A stretch of 55,351 nucleotides of DNA, the filler included, from Perkinsus olseni (taxonomy: Eukaryota), in assembly GCA_013115125.1 (NCBI GenBank). It is 2 parts of 2 records of this genome, joined end to end, with 100 filler letters (N's around TTAATTAATTAA, not from the genome) between each part and the next. Parts side by side here need not be neighbours in the genome. Positions count along the whole stretch, not along the records: positions 27,788 to 55,351 come from JABANN010000462.1; 1 more part is not named here. The stretch is one strand, 5' to 3'. A model generated the notes under the pieces. The model searched no databases. It saw nothing but the letters and a program-made list of their open reading frames with translations, and was not told the DNA's origin. A program made the translations under genes and the position numbers. Shown in pieces: positions 37,206 to 49,113 of the stretch (its first letter is position 1; each line of letters starts with the position of its first letter).

Positions 37206-40200
37206 ATGCAGCACCAGCTCAGATGCTTCAGTAAGGCAAGGCTTCGTGCATTGGGATAACGCAACTGGGATAACGATGACTATGCTTTGTCGGCTCTCGC
37301 TCCGGCTTCAGGAAGATTATAGTCGTTGGGGTTTCCTGGTATCCGTTAGTCGCTGATCGTGCGGTGTGTTAACCTCTTCACAGATGTAGTTGTCTGTGGC
37401 GGTATCCTCCATTCCCAGCAGGTTCGTCATACACCGTCTGGCGATGGGGAGCCCCCGCCAGCTCTGGCGTCACTGGCGGCCCTACAGTAGGAGAAGTTAG
37501 CAAAATGCCAACCAAGGTAGGCTGACGAGGCTCCTGGCTTTCGCTGGACGAATTCTTCTCAACTTAGATCCCTGAGTTGAGCGGAGTGTCGTCCGTTGAA
37601 GGACTGGCCTGCGGCGGGGAGCACTCGGCGGTGGTGTCCAACGGGCAGGTGTATACCTTTGGCAGCAACAAGTACGGCCAACTGGCCAGGGAAAGCGCCT
37701 CCGGGGTAGTAGACTCCGGTGGGATAACTCATTAACAGCTCCTGTTGTTCTTGTGCAGACGAAAGGTGACGTTGATGACGTCGCTGCCGTTGCAGAAGTC
37801 GAGGCGTTGACCGAGTCTCAGGCCAGCAGTAGGGTTGTGTGATCGGTTGCTCGCTACAGTGCATCCTGTCAGAGCTGGTCGCTGATGTGTCCTGTGGCGC
37901 CTTCCATACGATGATCAGAACCAAGGATGGCGCGGTAGGTCGCAGTTTCCCGACCTCCTGGCTGTAATGAGCGATCGCAGGTCCATTCGGCAGGCTGGGG
38001 AGGCAGTTGGTTCTCGGGCCAGGGCGCTTTGGGTCTCGGTGATAAGAATAACAGGGACAGGTAAGAGCATCTGCGCACAGCGAAGAACCGTGGATTCGTT
38101 CTATTGGCAGGTTTGATGCTGTCCAACGTCTATTAGAGTTGGGGGAACGGGTAGAGGAGGTATCTTGCGGCACGCAGCACGCTATGATGCGCACTAAGTC
38201 TGATCACATCTACACTTGCGGGAAAGGCGAGTTTGGAATGTAGGAACTATTAAGCCACTCAAAACTGTCCCAAGTGTTGTTCGATTCGTCTCGTTCGATT
38301 CGCAGCTGCAGTGATATGCGATAGGTTGTGGGCCACATTCCCGGGGAGAGGATGTTAACGTGCGCCGCCCCAGCTGTGCTTCCTACCTTCATCCACCATC
38401 TACTCTCAGACTGGGTCTCGGTGATTCCTCTGATCAAGCAGAACCTCAAATGTTGGAGTATTTCCAGGACATGCTGGGTGATGCTCATATTAAAAAGGTA
38501 CTATCTCTGCCCCCACACGACATGGCCCCAATCGCTTGCATTGGCTTCTAGCGCATGGGGTTTGACATCATTTTTTATATCGTCCTATTCGCGGTTGGAT
38601 TCTCCTGACTGTAGCGAGGGAGGCAGGCTTTGAGGCTGAACTTCGTGATGATTCTCTAACATATACTAGCGGTATTCGCTACTGGAGTGGTGTTCGATCA
38701 GTAGCGTTGAACGTGCTGTTGTCCTCTCAGGTGTCCTGTGGATCAAATTTCTCATTGATTCTCGACACTCAAGGCAGACTATTCGTATTTGGTCGTAACG
38801 ACTATGGTCAACTGGGACTGGGGGAGGAGTCTATGGGCGACATGTGGGCTCTTGAGAATCCAAGTAATCGCTGTACGCACCGCTGATGTGGTAGGTACTC
38901 GGCCGAAAGATACCCGCGCGAGATTCCGTGCTTGAAGGTAGTAGTTGATCGGGTCGTTTGGAGATTCAATTTTCCTACTATTGGTGCTTAAAAACGGGCA
39001 GGTTACTCACTTATCTTGCGAAAATCAGTCTGTCCTAGCAGAGTACGATGGAAAATGGTAGGCGATGTCTGAATCAAAGCCTTCCCGCCTCGTAAACTGC
39101 GTGGAGAGTAGAAAATTTTCCTACTATAATGACAGGCTCCATTCTAGTGTTTTTCGAAACAGCGTTGACGAATGTTGTGTGATGGACCATCCCACATATT
39201 CGTTTGTATCTATTCAGTGTTGAATACCGCGCTACGAATCGCGATAGTAGTGGTAGGGCGAAAGTAGTACGTGAGAGTAAAAATCGTAGTTGAGCCTTGA
39301 GATGTTTCTATGGTTCAGCTCGAGGGCACTAAGATTGATGACGCTGTATGTGGCGAACATCATATAGTTGCGGTGGCCAGTACTGGTGCAGTGTAAGTCG
39401 GTGGCTGGTTTTCCGAACTCACTGAAGACCTACCGTTTGGCTGCGTTCGTTTCGGTCTCCTGCAGATCGTTTGACTCATCTTTTCCATCACAGATACTAC
39501 TGGGGTGATCGCACATGGTTAGAGCCTCACTCAGTAACGGTACCTTCGGAGTAATCAGCCGCCGGTCTTCTGGAGGGTCAGTTCTTTCGATTCAGTTACG
39601 AGAACGGAATCAGGGGAATTAAGAAGCTGGCGGCGGGGGCTAAGGTACCACCGGTGATGTTCCGTCAGTTCTGTAGACCGAATTTGATGCTCGGAGTGTG
39701 GCTGCACGTTGGGCGCGCTGCTCTAAATTGTTTGCGACTGTTCAATCAGTCTTTCTATCAGTATTCCTTCCTGTTAACGGAGAGCGGCCTCGTTTACAGC
39801 TGGGGGAAGAAGTCCTCTGGATGCCTCGGGAGGAATGATGGGAAGACCATGGTGGTGAGTGAATACGTGCAGGTCTTGACGTGTTGATCTTGCTTATAAG
39901 GTTCCGACGTTGGTGCCACCGAAGGTATTCGGCAATCATCGTGTCGTGGATATCGAGGGCGGGAAGCAGAGGTGAGGCTCAACTTGAACTTTCTGACACC
40001 TCTAGCTAGCATCATAGGCTGTTTAACAACTCTGTATTGGTATGTTGCACCAGCAGGTGCTTAGCAGTGACGAGCGATGACGAGTACATCGCTTTGTCGG
40101 AGGAGGAAGCAGAGCAAATCCGTGAGACTATCGTCGAGCCCAGTGAGTTGGGGTGAAATTTTGTGCGGATACGTGGTGATGAGTTCGCACGCGCTTCTAT

Positions 40201-40268
40201 CAGGCGGTAAGTCGTGCCAAGTGGTTGAATACTCGAAAGCGGAGGATGAACGCAGTCAAGCTGCTTAA
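37206..40268 (+). CDS. RCC1-repeat beta-propeller protein (many exons; 5' end approximate)
   Basis: Repeats LACGGEHSA..VYTFGSNKYGQL, VSCGAFHT, VSCGTQHA..YTCGKGEFG, VSCGSNFS..FVFGRNDYGQLGLG, VCGEHH, VYSWG..GCLG. Confidence 0.88.
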
Positions 40269-40423
40269 GTCTGCGACAGCGAGCCGCTCTCAAGTTCCGG
40301 GAGTAAATTTTTGCGTAAGCGTAACAATTGCATAACTTTTATTGTGATGCTGGTTTCTGGCGATCACGGCGTTGCGTTGTCTCTGATGGAAGCTGAGTAG
40401 GAGCGGTGTAGCACTTTGAGGGA

Positions 40424-41247
40424 ATGGACTTGCCGTCTTCTGAGAGTCCAAGAAGTGAACTGTGATCGCGGACCAAATACGAACGCGGTTCCGCATTTGT
40501 GTGGGTTACTATTTGCCCCCGGGCAAGTGAAGAGTGGCTTGCGAGCATCTTCTGAACCGAATCGGGTTAGCCGAGGGGGGTGCTCCATAATGGTGTTGCC
40601 AGGAGTCCTGCTGTCAGTTGTGAAGTCCTCGGTGGAATGTCTGTATTCGGCCTTCAAACGTACAAGTCATTTCAAGAGTTCTCAGCCGAATACGAGAGCA
40701 CCAAGGCATCCCTAGAATCGAGAGTGGCAAAATTAGAGTCTGACTATAAGAAAATAGCTAAGGAGAACGTTCAGTACAAGGCGCGACTTGAAGCATTAGC
40801 TGCGGTTCGGGGGCAGCTAGTCGGAACTAGACGACGTTTGGCCATGGCAGTTCTCCGTGGGATCGGGGATGCTGTTGGAAGTGAGTGTTGGTGATAGACA
40901 CGCACGTCGCCTCGATGAGGCCCACTCTGAGGGGAACCTCCAATGATAAGCACCGCTTCCTTGCAGGCACGAAAGCATATATCTTACGAGAGGCCTTTTA
41001 TTCCTGGCGAGAGCGACTGCGAGCGGATCGGTTGAAAACCCTCGAGAACAGGCTTGCCAGCCTGAACCGAGCAATCGAGAGGACCAGTGCAGCACTCGAA
41101 ATGAAGATGCTAACTGTCAATGATGGGATAGCTTCGCAGCGGGATGAGATCCATGAAGCTATAGGCTTGCTCGATAGGCGATGCAATGCAGCGTTAGGAA
41201 GGACCGAAGATACGCTGGGAAAGATGAAGGTGAACTTGAATGGTTAG
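40424..41247 (+). CDS. Hypothetical coiled-coil protein (multi-exon)
   Basis: Heptad-rich exons LESRVAKLESDYKKIAKENVQYKARLE and LENRLASLNRAIERT joined by a GTGAGT..GCAG intron. Confidence 0.55.
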
Positions 41248-41298
41248 GAAATTGAAATTGATGAAAAAATACTGCGAACAAAAATGAGGGGAATAGAA

Positions 41299-41380
41299 CG
41301 ACAGCGGCAGGATTCGAACCTGCGCGGGCAGAGCCCAGTGGATTTCTAGTCCACCTCCTTAACCACTCGGACACGCTGTC
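41299..41380 (-). tRNA. tRNA-Ser(AGA)
   Basis: Perfect acceptor GACAGCG/CGCTGTC, anticodon arm GTGGA-CTAGAAA-TCCAC, long variable arm, T-arm and a downstream T5 run. Confidence 0.95.
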
Positions 41381-41412
41381 AGATAATTTTCTGTTTCACG
41401 CATTAGCCCCGC

Positions 41413-43360
41413 TATGTCAGCAGGAACCTTCGGTGTATAAGGGTAAGATTTTGGAGCCAAGGCCTGTCGTTCATAGTCCCCCAGCTAGCACTGGTCCAGC
41501 ACGCCCTTGAATACTCCTCAGTCCGCAATCGCGCGCCAGCTCTCTTACTTATCCGAGCGTTTCGCAAGAATTCGAGCGGAAGCCGACGCGAGAACCCCAG
41601 AAGCTGAAGAGCGTCAACAACAGGGCAGAGCATTGGGAGAGGCAGCTGAGCTCATTAGTAACTGTACATGTCGAGAGATAGTCTTCCAAGTGGACAACTT
41701 GGCGGAGCGATTGGCATCCGGTTCTAGTAGGATGGTGAGAGGCTCCCGGTCATCCAGATCACGCATCAGGTATCTTTCGTTCAAGAACGTGTTCGCTCGC
41801 CGGCATGCCTGGCTGGAGAATCGTTGTTGTTGTGGAGTGTTGTTTGGAGGCAGCGCGAGGCATACCGAGTGAGGTGCAACACCCACTACCTGGAATGATA
41901 GGAGTAGGCGAAGATGCCATCTTCCAGATGGTGTTGGTCGCGAAGCCGTGATGTTCACCATCAACTGGCAGGTGGAAATTGAAGGCCCACCTGAAGTTAG
42001 CAGCTTCTCTTGCTACGTCTGTATTGGTAAGGATAAACGCGTCCGGGTGGAGAACCACAATTTCATGCCTGATGATGGCCGCATGGGAGCGCCCGTACAA
42101 CTGAGAGGGATCTGCTCCCTACAGGAAGCGTAGGGTTATCGGGGATGTCTGGTTAATAACGCCGTGGCCTGGTAGATACGAGCGAACGTCAGACTGTCTT
42201 ACCGTCGGAGTGGAGTTGGAATCTTTTCGAGCGCCCTGGACTCTACATGAAGCTGGCGGCCTCGCCTCAGATGGCATCACCGGAGGGGTCAGGGAGGTGC
42301 TGCAACCATCTATCCCGCAGTCGAAGGGGCGGGAGATACTTCGCTGCCTGGAAGTATTGCGCAACAGAATGGTGAAAAGCGCTCGATGGGTCATCCACAA
42401 CGCTCGAGGTGGGCTCCGGCTTGCTGACATTCCGACGAGCGCACAGCCGCCATGTTCAGAGGTGTTGGCCTTGGGGCGACCGGCGGTGACCTCGCAGCGG
42501 TTCACCATCGCAGGCGTGGAGCAAGTTGAGATCGAGATAACAGTGTCGGAGGGAAAGAAGTGGGGGCAGCCTGTTCTCGGAGTGAGCTCATGCCCCGAGT
42601 ACAGAGTCGACCATTTTGTGGTTAGGTGAAGCTCAGTTGTACTGGTGTGATATCCTTGAAGGTTGGCGTCAAAGTCGGAAGAACGCCACAGAAGATACTC
42701 GGGGCTTCCCTTGATGCGGCAGAGGTCTCTAAATCCATCAGGAAGGCTGTCGACTTGCCCGCCCTTACTATTGCGAAGTCGAACCTGTGCCCGCTGCTGG
42801 ATGGCGGGGCCATAGACCACTCAGAGAACACTGCCACCGTTGTGTTGACGGTCCTATCAGCTAGGTTGGCCAGCCGGCAGCTGGCGCCAGGTGTCACAGT
42901 CCACGAGGAGTCTGAGGGGGACTGGCGCTGTGAAGTGCCGGCTTTCGTTCCCCCTACCAGCCCAGGCGGGATCATGACTTGCGTCGACTTGCCACGGGTA
43001 GTGTTGGGCGGGTGTTTAATCGCTCATGGATGAGTCGTGTCGAGACTAGCGTGTGTACTGATATTCAGGTCCCTGACAGAAGTCCAGCGGAAGAGCTTCT
43101 GGTGTCGAGAGGCATGGCTAGAGAATCTGCAAATGAGCTTGAGAATTCTCCCAGCGAGGAGACTAGATACAGCAGACCATGTCATACGGCAATACCCAGG
43201 GTGCACCGTTACGGAAGCCTGTTGCGTTCAGAAGGTTCAGCCAAAAGCTATAGTCGATCGATTACGATACTGCTGCCAAGTTCGGGTTGGGAGTGCTCCT
43301 GCAAGCCCGCGGATTTTCCGTGCGCGGAGTCCAGCTGAAACCACCCGACCATTCTCGTGA
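41413..43360 (+). CDS. Hypothetical multi-exon protein
   Basis: Chain of + ORFs (41507, 41948, 42210, 42626, 43037) with plausible splice sites; no motif recognised. Confidence 0.4.
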
Positions 43361-43707
43361 TACTAACCGCCTAACCTACACTCATGCACGACGAAGCAGG
43401 AACCACGCTTTGTAGTCTATCTCTGGTAGAGCGTATAGAGATTCTCTATACACCCTGTGTGGCTCCAAGCGACACCAGTTCACATACGACGGACATCCGA
43501 TAGGAAATATCCTGCCTGTCCCCATTGTGTCGAAGCTGCTGTTGGTATCAGCTGCGCTAGCGTCCTCTAGGGATGTTAGTGCTGGCCTCCCTCAGTTAGC
43601 TGAGGGGTGGTTATGCTTGAGCGTTGTGGGGGCGACCTCCTGATGAGGTAGGTCCCGTCAGCTGGCGTGATAATATCGAGTGACTGCTTAGTTTTAAATT
43701 TTTGACA

Positions 43708-44985
43708 ATGGCATTTTCGTGCTTCGGGATAAAAGGTAAACACGATGATGAGGTGACCGAGGCTGGCTCTCCGGGCTCCTCTAAAGTCGTGCCCGAGGCC
43801 AAGGAGCCGTCCTGCGATTGGAAGTTGAAGACTTACTTCTGCATCATTGGTTGTGTTGCTCTTCTCGGTTGGAACTTCATCCTCGGTGAGTTGGGTGCTC
43901 TTATCGATGCTTTCGGTGAGGCATACGGAACTTGGGTGTCTCTGTGTTACTCATTCTTTATTAACTGCGGCCAATTGCTGTTGGTGTACATGGGTAACCG
44001 GTTCAAGTTCGGACCACGTTTTTACCTTGGATGTGGTGGTATGGGAATTTCCCAGATTCTCCTGGCTATCTGTGCTGCTACCTGGGCGCAGCAAAATCAG
44101 GTGCTCGGATTCGTCTTTGGTTGCATCTTCGTTGGTATCTTCGGCTTCGCCAATGCTCTGATGGAATCCTCTATGTTCGGTCTGGCCGCTCTGGTCACCT
44201 CTGAGTGTACTGAGTGGATTATGATCGGTGAGGGTATCGCTGGTCTGTTGGCTTGGCCTGTAGATAGACTTTGCCAGGCTATCCTGGTTGGTTGTGGTGT
44301 CACCGACTACATGTACCCTCGTATGATCTTTTTCTATGGTTTGGCCATGTTAGCCAACTTTGCCTGTATTCCTATGTACATGTTCGGTGTCCAGAGCCAT
44401 CCTTTCATGCAACCTGTTTACAAGATTGAAGAAGATAGAGTGAAGTTCCAGATGAAGAAGACTATGAAGCGACCAACAAGCAAGGTTATCAAAGACATCA
44501 TACCCATGGCTATTAACGTTTGTGCTGATTTCACAATCAGTTTCGTGGTCTTCCCCTGGACAATCTTCCAAATGGTTCCATCAGCCTTGTCTACGGATCA
44601 GTTTGGTCAGCTGATGACATACTGCTTCCAAGTTTTTGATACACTCGGCAGATTCTCTCCCAACCTCCACTTCCCCATCAGCAAGAAGATCATCCGCTAC
44701 GTGTCTTTCGGTCGTGTGATCTTCATTGTTCTATTCTTCCTCAACTTCAGTATTGATGTACCTCCGTTCCATTCCGATTGGTGGCGGTTCGTCGTTATGG
44801 CGTTCTTCGCCTTTACTAATGGTTCGGTTGCTACATGGTCTATGATTTACGGACCTCAGCAAGTCGACCAAAATGAGAAGGAAGAGCTGGAAATTGCTGG
44901 TTACGTAATGGCGTTTGCCCTTATCCTTGGTATCTTCGCTGGTTCCATTATTGCCACGATCATCCAGCAGTGTGCTTATATGTAA
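43708..44985 (+). CDS. Equilibrative nucleoside transporter (SLC29/ENT), copy 1
   Basis: Intronless ORF with about 11 TM segments; LLGWNF (TM1), SMFGLA, GEGIAG, FQVFDTLGR, FTNG. Confidence 0.93.
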   Translation: MAFSCFGIKGKHDDEVTEAGSPGSSKVVPEAKEPSCDWKLKTYFCIIGCVALLGWNFILGELGALIDAFGEAYGTWVSLCYSFFINCGQLLLVYMGNRFKFGPRFYLGCGGMGISQILLAICAATWAQQNQVLGFVFGCIFVGIFGFANALMESSMFGLAALVTSECTEWIMIGEGIAGLLAWPVDRLCQAILVGCGVTDYMYPRMIFFYGLAMLANFACIPMYMFGVQSHPFMQPVYKIEEDRVKFQMKKTMKRPTSKVIKDIIPMAINVCADFTISFVVFPWTIFQMVPSALSTDQFGQLMTYCFQVFDTLGRFSPNLHFPISKKIIRYVSFGRVIFIVLFFLNFSIDVPPFHSDWWRFVVMAFFAFTNGSVATWSMIYGPQQVDQNEKEELEIAGYVMAFALILGIFAGSIIATIIQQCAYM

Positions 44986-45502
44986 AATAGTTCTTGTATG
45001 TTCTAGTTTATTATCCGCGGGTATCCGCTGTTAACCGCCTCTTGTATATCGCTTTTTTTGGTGGTGTTTTCGCTTCTATTTGCTGCAGCAAGCCCTCTCG
45101 TCTTCGAGGGCTGTTCTCGTCTGCGGACTTGAGAAGCACTTTAGTTGTGGGCGGTGAGGATGTTTTTTGGCCATATTGGCCCTAGACCTGTGAATTCATC
45201 CGTTGTAAGCAGTTCCTGCTACTGCTTATCTCTTTAATAGCAACAACAATAACAAAATCAGTCTATGACCATTTGTTTTCTACCATTCTCGTGCAGAAGA
45301 AAATACGTAGGTGTTGAGTTTTACGAAATTCTTTGGTGGAGGTTATGACGAAAGGAATAAGATTGCTAGCGGCATTGTGATGTTTCCGTGTCATGCTCAG
45401 CTGGCACTAGCATTCGGTGGTCATTGTCAGCATGGGGTACGTTCTCCGCTTATGTTTTTTCGCTCAGTCTATCACCAGTTACTCTGATCGTTTCTGGCGG
45501 AA

Positions 45503-46828
45503 ATGCCGCTCGCGGGTCCGTTCACTGGTCGTAGCAGCTCTGAGGTCGTCGACAGTTGCGACTTTGGTGATCGTTGTTCTGTTGTGGGGACAGCTTCTGA
45601 GGTCATCTCTGTGGCAAGTGATGCAGAGGTATGTGCAAAAGGCGTGTCCAGTAATATCGACTGGAAGTTGAAGGCTATGTTCTGCGTCATTGGTTGTGTT
45701 GCCCTTCTCGGTTGGAACTTCATCCTCGGCGAGTTGGGTACTCTTATCGATGCCTTCGGCGAGGCTTATGGAACTTGGTGTTCCCTGTGCTTTGCACTCT
45801 GCATCAACGCCGGGCAGTTGATGCTCGTGTGGATTGGCAATCGATTCAGGTTCGGCCCTCGTTTCTACGCGGGCTGTATTGGCATGGGCGTGAGTATGAT
45901 TCTCATTGCTGTCAGCGCGATGACCTTCGCCCGGAACAACCAGTCGGCGGGCCTCGCCGCGGGCTGCATATTTGTGGGGTTCTACGGCTTTGCCAACGCT
46001 GTGATGGAGTCAACAATGTTTGGTTTGGCTGCCCTCGTCGGTCCGGTCTCAATGCAGTTCATTCTAATCGGCGAGGGAGTGTCAGGTCTCATCGCTTGGC
46101 CCCTTGACAGGCTCTGCCAGGCAATCCTTGAGGGCTGTGGAGTCGCTGACTACACTTATCCCCGAATGATGTTGTTCTTCGGTCTGGGTATGCTTGTCAA
46201 CTTCGCTAGCGTCCCTATGTATAAATATTCTATGCAGCGTCATCCTGTGATCGTGAAGGCGCTCGAAATCGAAGAGGGCCGCCAGGATTTTATCCTCAAG
46301 AAGGAGACGACGCGACCTCTGGTCAAGATCCTGTGCGATGTAGCTCCACAGTCTCTTACAGTCTGGTTCAGTTTCACCATTTCTTACACTGTTTTCCCGT
46401 GGACCGTCTTTGAAATGAGCCCGTCCGCGTTATCACCAACATCGTTTGGCAAACTGATGACATACTGCTACCAGGTATGCGACACAGTTGGTCGAGCTTC
46501 TCCTTCGTATCACCTTCGTCTGAAGAGGTGGTTCACGCCCTATGCCGCCGCTGGGCGCTTGATCTTCATCCCCCTGTTTTTCCTATGTATTCATTTATCG
46601 TTCTCGCCATTCACTCAAGATTGGTTCCGCTTCGTGATCATGGCTCTATTGGGGCTTACTAATGGTATCCTTGCGGCATCTTGTATGATTCACGGACCTA
46701 CACAGGTGGATCAGAATGAAAAGGAGGAGCTCGAGATCGCTGGCTATGCGATGTCCTTCGGTTTGATCTGTGGTATCTTAACTGGCTCCGTTATAGCGAC
46801 AGTCATTAAGCAGTCAGCTTACATGTAG
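45503..46828 (+). CDS. Equilibrative nucleoside transporter, copy 2
   Basis: Intronless paralog with the same ENT motifs and a divergent N-terminus. Confidence 0.92.
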   Translation: MPLAGPFTGRSSSEVVDSCDFGDRCSVVGTASEVISVASDAEVCAKGVSSNIDWKLKAMFCVIGCVALLGWNFILGELGTLIDAFGEAYGTWCSLCFALCINAGQLMLVWIGNRFRFGPRFYAGCIGMGVSMILIAVSAMTFARNNQSAGLAAGCIFVGFYGFANAVMESTMFGLAALVGPVSMQFILIGEGVSGLIAWPLDRLCQAILEGCGVADYTYPRMMLFFGLGMLVNFASVPMYKYSMQRHPVIVKALEIEEGRQDFILKKETTRPLVKILCDVAPQSLTVWFSFTISYTVFPWTVFEMSPSALSPTSFGKLMTYCYQVCDTVGRASPSYHLRLKRWFTPYAAAGRLIFIPLFFLCIHLSFSPFTQDWFRFVIMALLGLTNGILAASCMIHGPTQVDQNEKEELEIAGYAMSFGLICGILTGSVIATVIKQSAYM

Positions 46829-46981
46829 TTTTGAACGTCTGAGCGGAGCCTTCCTGGCGGCTGTGCCGGCCCAGCAATGCTGGGTCTTTGTTCATAGTCC
46901 ATCTTCCTCGGGGTTTCACCCCTTGTGACTGTTACTGTTCAAAGCTAATCAGAACTCTTCCCTCCTGCTCTAGCTAGTGAT

Positions 46982-47296
46982 TTAATCTGGTTCGATGCGT
47001 GAAGTGCTTAGTTGGAAGTTAATAACGTGGTCGAGGCGAATCATTCGCCGCATTCGCAGGCATTCGGCGCGAATGCCATATTGAGTGCCAGCTTTTCGGA
47101 TGACTATCGCACAGTGGAGGGTTCCTCCTAGCACTCCTGCAAGGGTTTCGTGGAAGTAGTTCCGCGTCTGCTGTCCTGGTTCGCCCATTTATGCAAGCTG
47201 TTCTACAGTCAATGTTTCGGCAATGTAGATCCGCAACGAATAGCTCACGGAGAGCTTCGCGATTCCTTGTTATGCCCCTAACATTGTGGTACTGAG
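46982..47296 (-). pseudogene. Possible relic of a non-LTR retrotransposon APE endonuclease
   Basis: QYHNVRGITRNREALREL.AD, frameshift, IYIAET ... CAIVIRK resembles the APE start (.NVRG....L..L...D...ET ... GVAILVRK). Confidence 0.3.
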
Positions 47297-47764
47297 TATA
47301 CATGGGCACCGTTACGGCTTCTTTACGGTTACGGTAGTAGTTTACGGTTACGGAAGGGGCTTACGACTTTACGGGTGGTGCTGAACTGCCTTTTTGGAAT
47401 TGTGGCGAAAACATTCGCTGTAATGCATTCCACCATAGCTCAAATAGTTGTTAAACTCATTATTGGTGGTTCGGATTCGACCGAACCGCTGGGAGACTAA
47501 CATATGGCTCTGTATCGACCACTCGTATCCCTTTGAAATTCCATCCGTCTTACTCCCAGGCTGACCCGGAACTGCCGAGCCGGCCTCGTCTACGCATGCG
47601 CATTCACATGAAACAGACTTAGACGACTTGAATGGTAATTCCTCGTTCTGTCCATTACATCTCCGTAAGAACCGTTACGGCGCCGTAATTTTACGTTACG
47701 GGCTTCGAAGCGTAACCGTGAAAGTCAGCCGTAACGGTCCGTAACGTAGTTCTGCCCATCTATA
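47297..47764. mobile_element. Non-autonomous hAT-like DNA transposon (MITE), 468 bp
   Basis: Termini TATA(C/G)ATGGGCA in inverted orientation, subterminal TTACGG/CCGTAA arrays, and an 8-bp target duplication GTACTGAG / GAACTGAG (7 of 8 match). Confidence 0.8.
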
Positions 47765-49113
47765 GAACTGAGAGGTCGCTGGCCCGAACGAAGATTTATG
47801 TTTTGCTGTCGTCGCGGGTTCTGCTCTGGTTTGGCTTTTGAAGCAGCTGAGACCGAATGAACAGGGAACGTATTCGGGAGAAACCGAACCTTCGGGAGCT
47901 GCGAACCGCAGCCTGTGATGAGATATTCTCCCACTTTCAGCTCACGTGCGTTAATTGCTGTTCCACCGGACTGCGTTCCTGCGTATCAGAGTAATGCAGA
48001 ACCGCTCTTAATGGCCCGATGGTTGAAGTCAACTTGAGGAACTGTTTGTAGAGCTAGGTAATGAGGGTAAGCAGCAGAGGTCCACCTAGCTTCCTGTCGT
48101 AAGCACGACCGAGCGGCTTTCAACTCGTGTGACCTGGACGGCACAAGTCGCTGTCCCGTTTTGTGTCCAGCTTTATTCTCACGCTATGAGCTTTCATATG
48201 GAAGAAGTTGTCGCGAAGTAGTGAACGGTATACTTACCGGAAAGGATGAACGAAGTGGTCCCTCCTGGACTTTGAAGTCGGGGCTTCATGTGCAGTGCTC
48301 GGTGTTCACAGCCTGAACTTTTCAACAGCAGTCCCGCGTGCCAGCGTTCTTCCACTACTAGTGAATCTCCATTCAATTAACTCGTGCGTAGTCGCCTTTG
48401 GTAAGTGCCCGAACGAGGCTTCCTTTCGGGCTGCATCGGCCTGTCTTGTCTGAGGCTTTTTCTTGGGAGTTACACGACCCTTTCTGAGCTGCTCGTTTCC
48501 TTGTCCAGTACGAGTTTGGTTGGTCACAAGGCATGCCATCGCTATCAGACTATTCGTGTATCACGTGAGTATCATCCGGCCCTCGCTCAGCCCACAGGGC
48601 GTGGTGCGATAGTTTGCCAGTACTGTGTGTGCGTGCTGAAATGGATTGCGCTAGTTGGGTGGTCTTGGGCATGCGTGCCAGCGTTCTTGTACATAGCCGT
48701 ACTTCTCGTGGTATGTTTACCCCACACTCGGGGTGGTTACAATGTATCAGCATCGTCGTGCAGACTAGTCTCGTCACAGGGTGAAGTGAGGGAGGGGAGA
48801 TAGGGGGACAGCGGAGCACACAATGGGAGGGACCGCGCTAAAAATTTTGTGCAGCCAGTCTTTCTTGGGCGTCAGGCGATATGTAGCTTTTGGACGAATG
48901 TGGCAACTGCAGCCGGAATTTCGAATGACATGCCGGGAAGTATGGACTGATGGAGCTTTCGGATTGAACCTGGCTCGGGGGAGTATGGGAAGCTGAATCG
49001 GCACTGCCGAGTTGGCAGTGATGGATCCAGTCGAAGATAGTCGGCTGAGTCTGGTGCTCACGAGCGCTCACTGGGTTAACGTCCTATTCTCCTCAGCTTT
49101 GTTTCTCAAGAAA

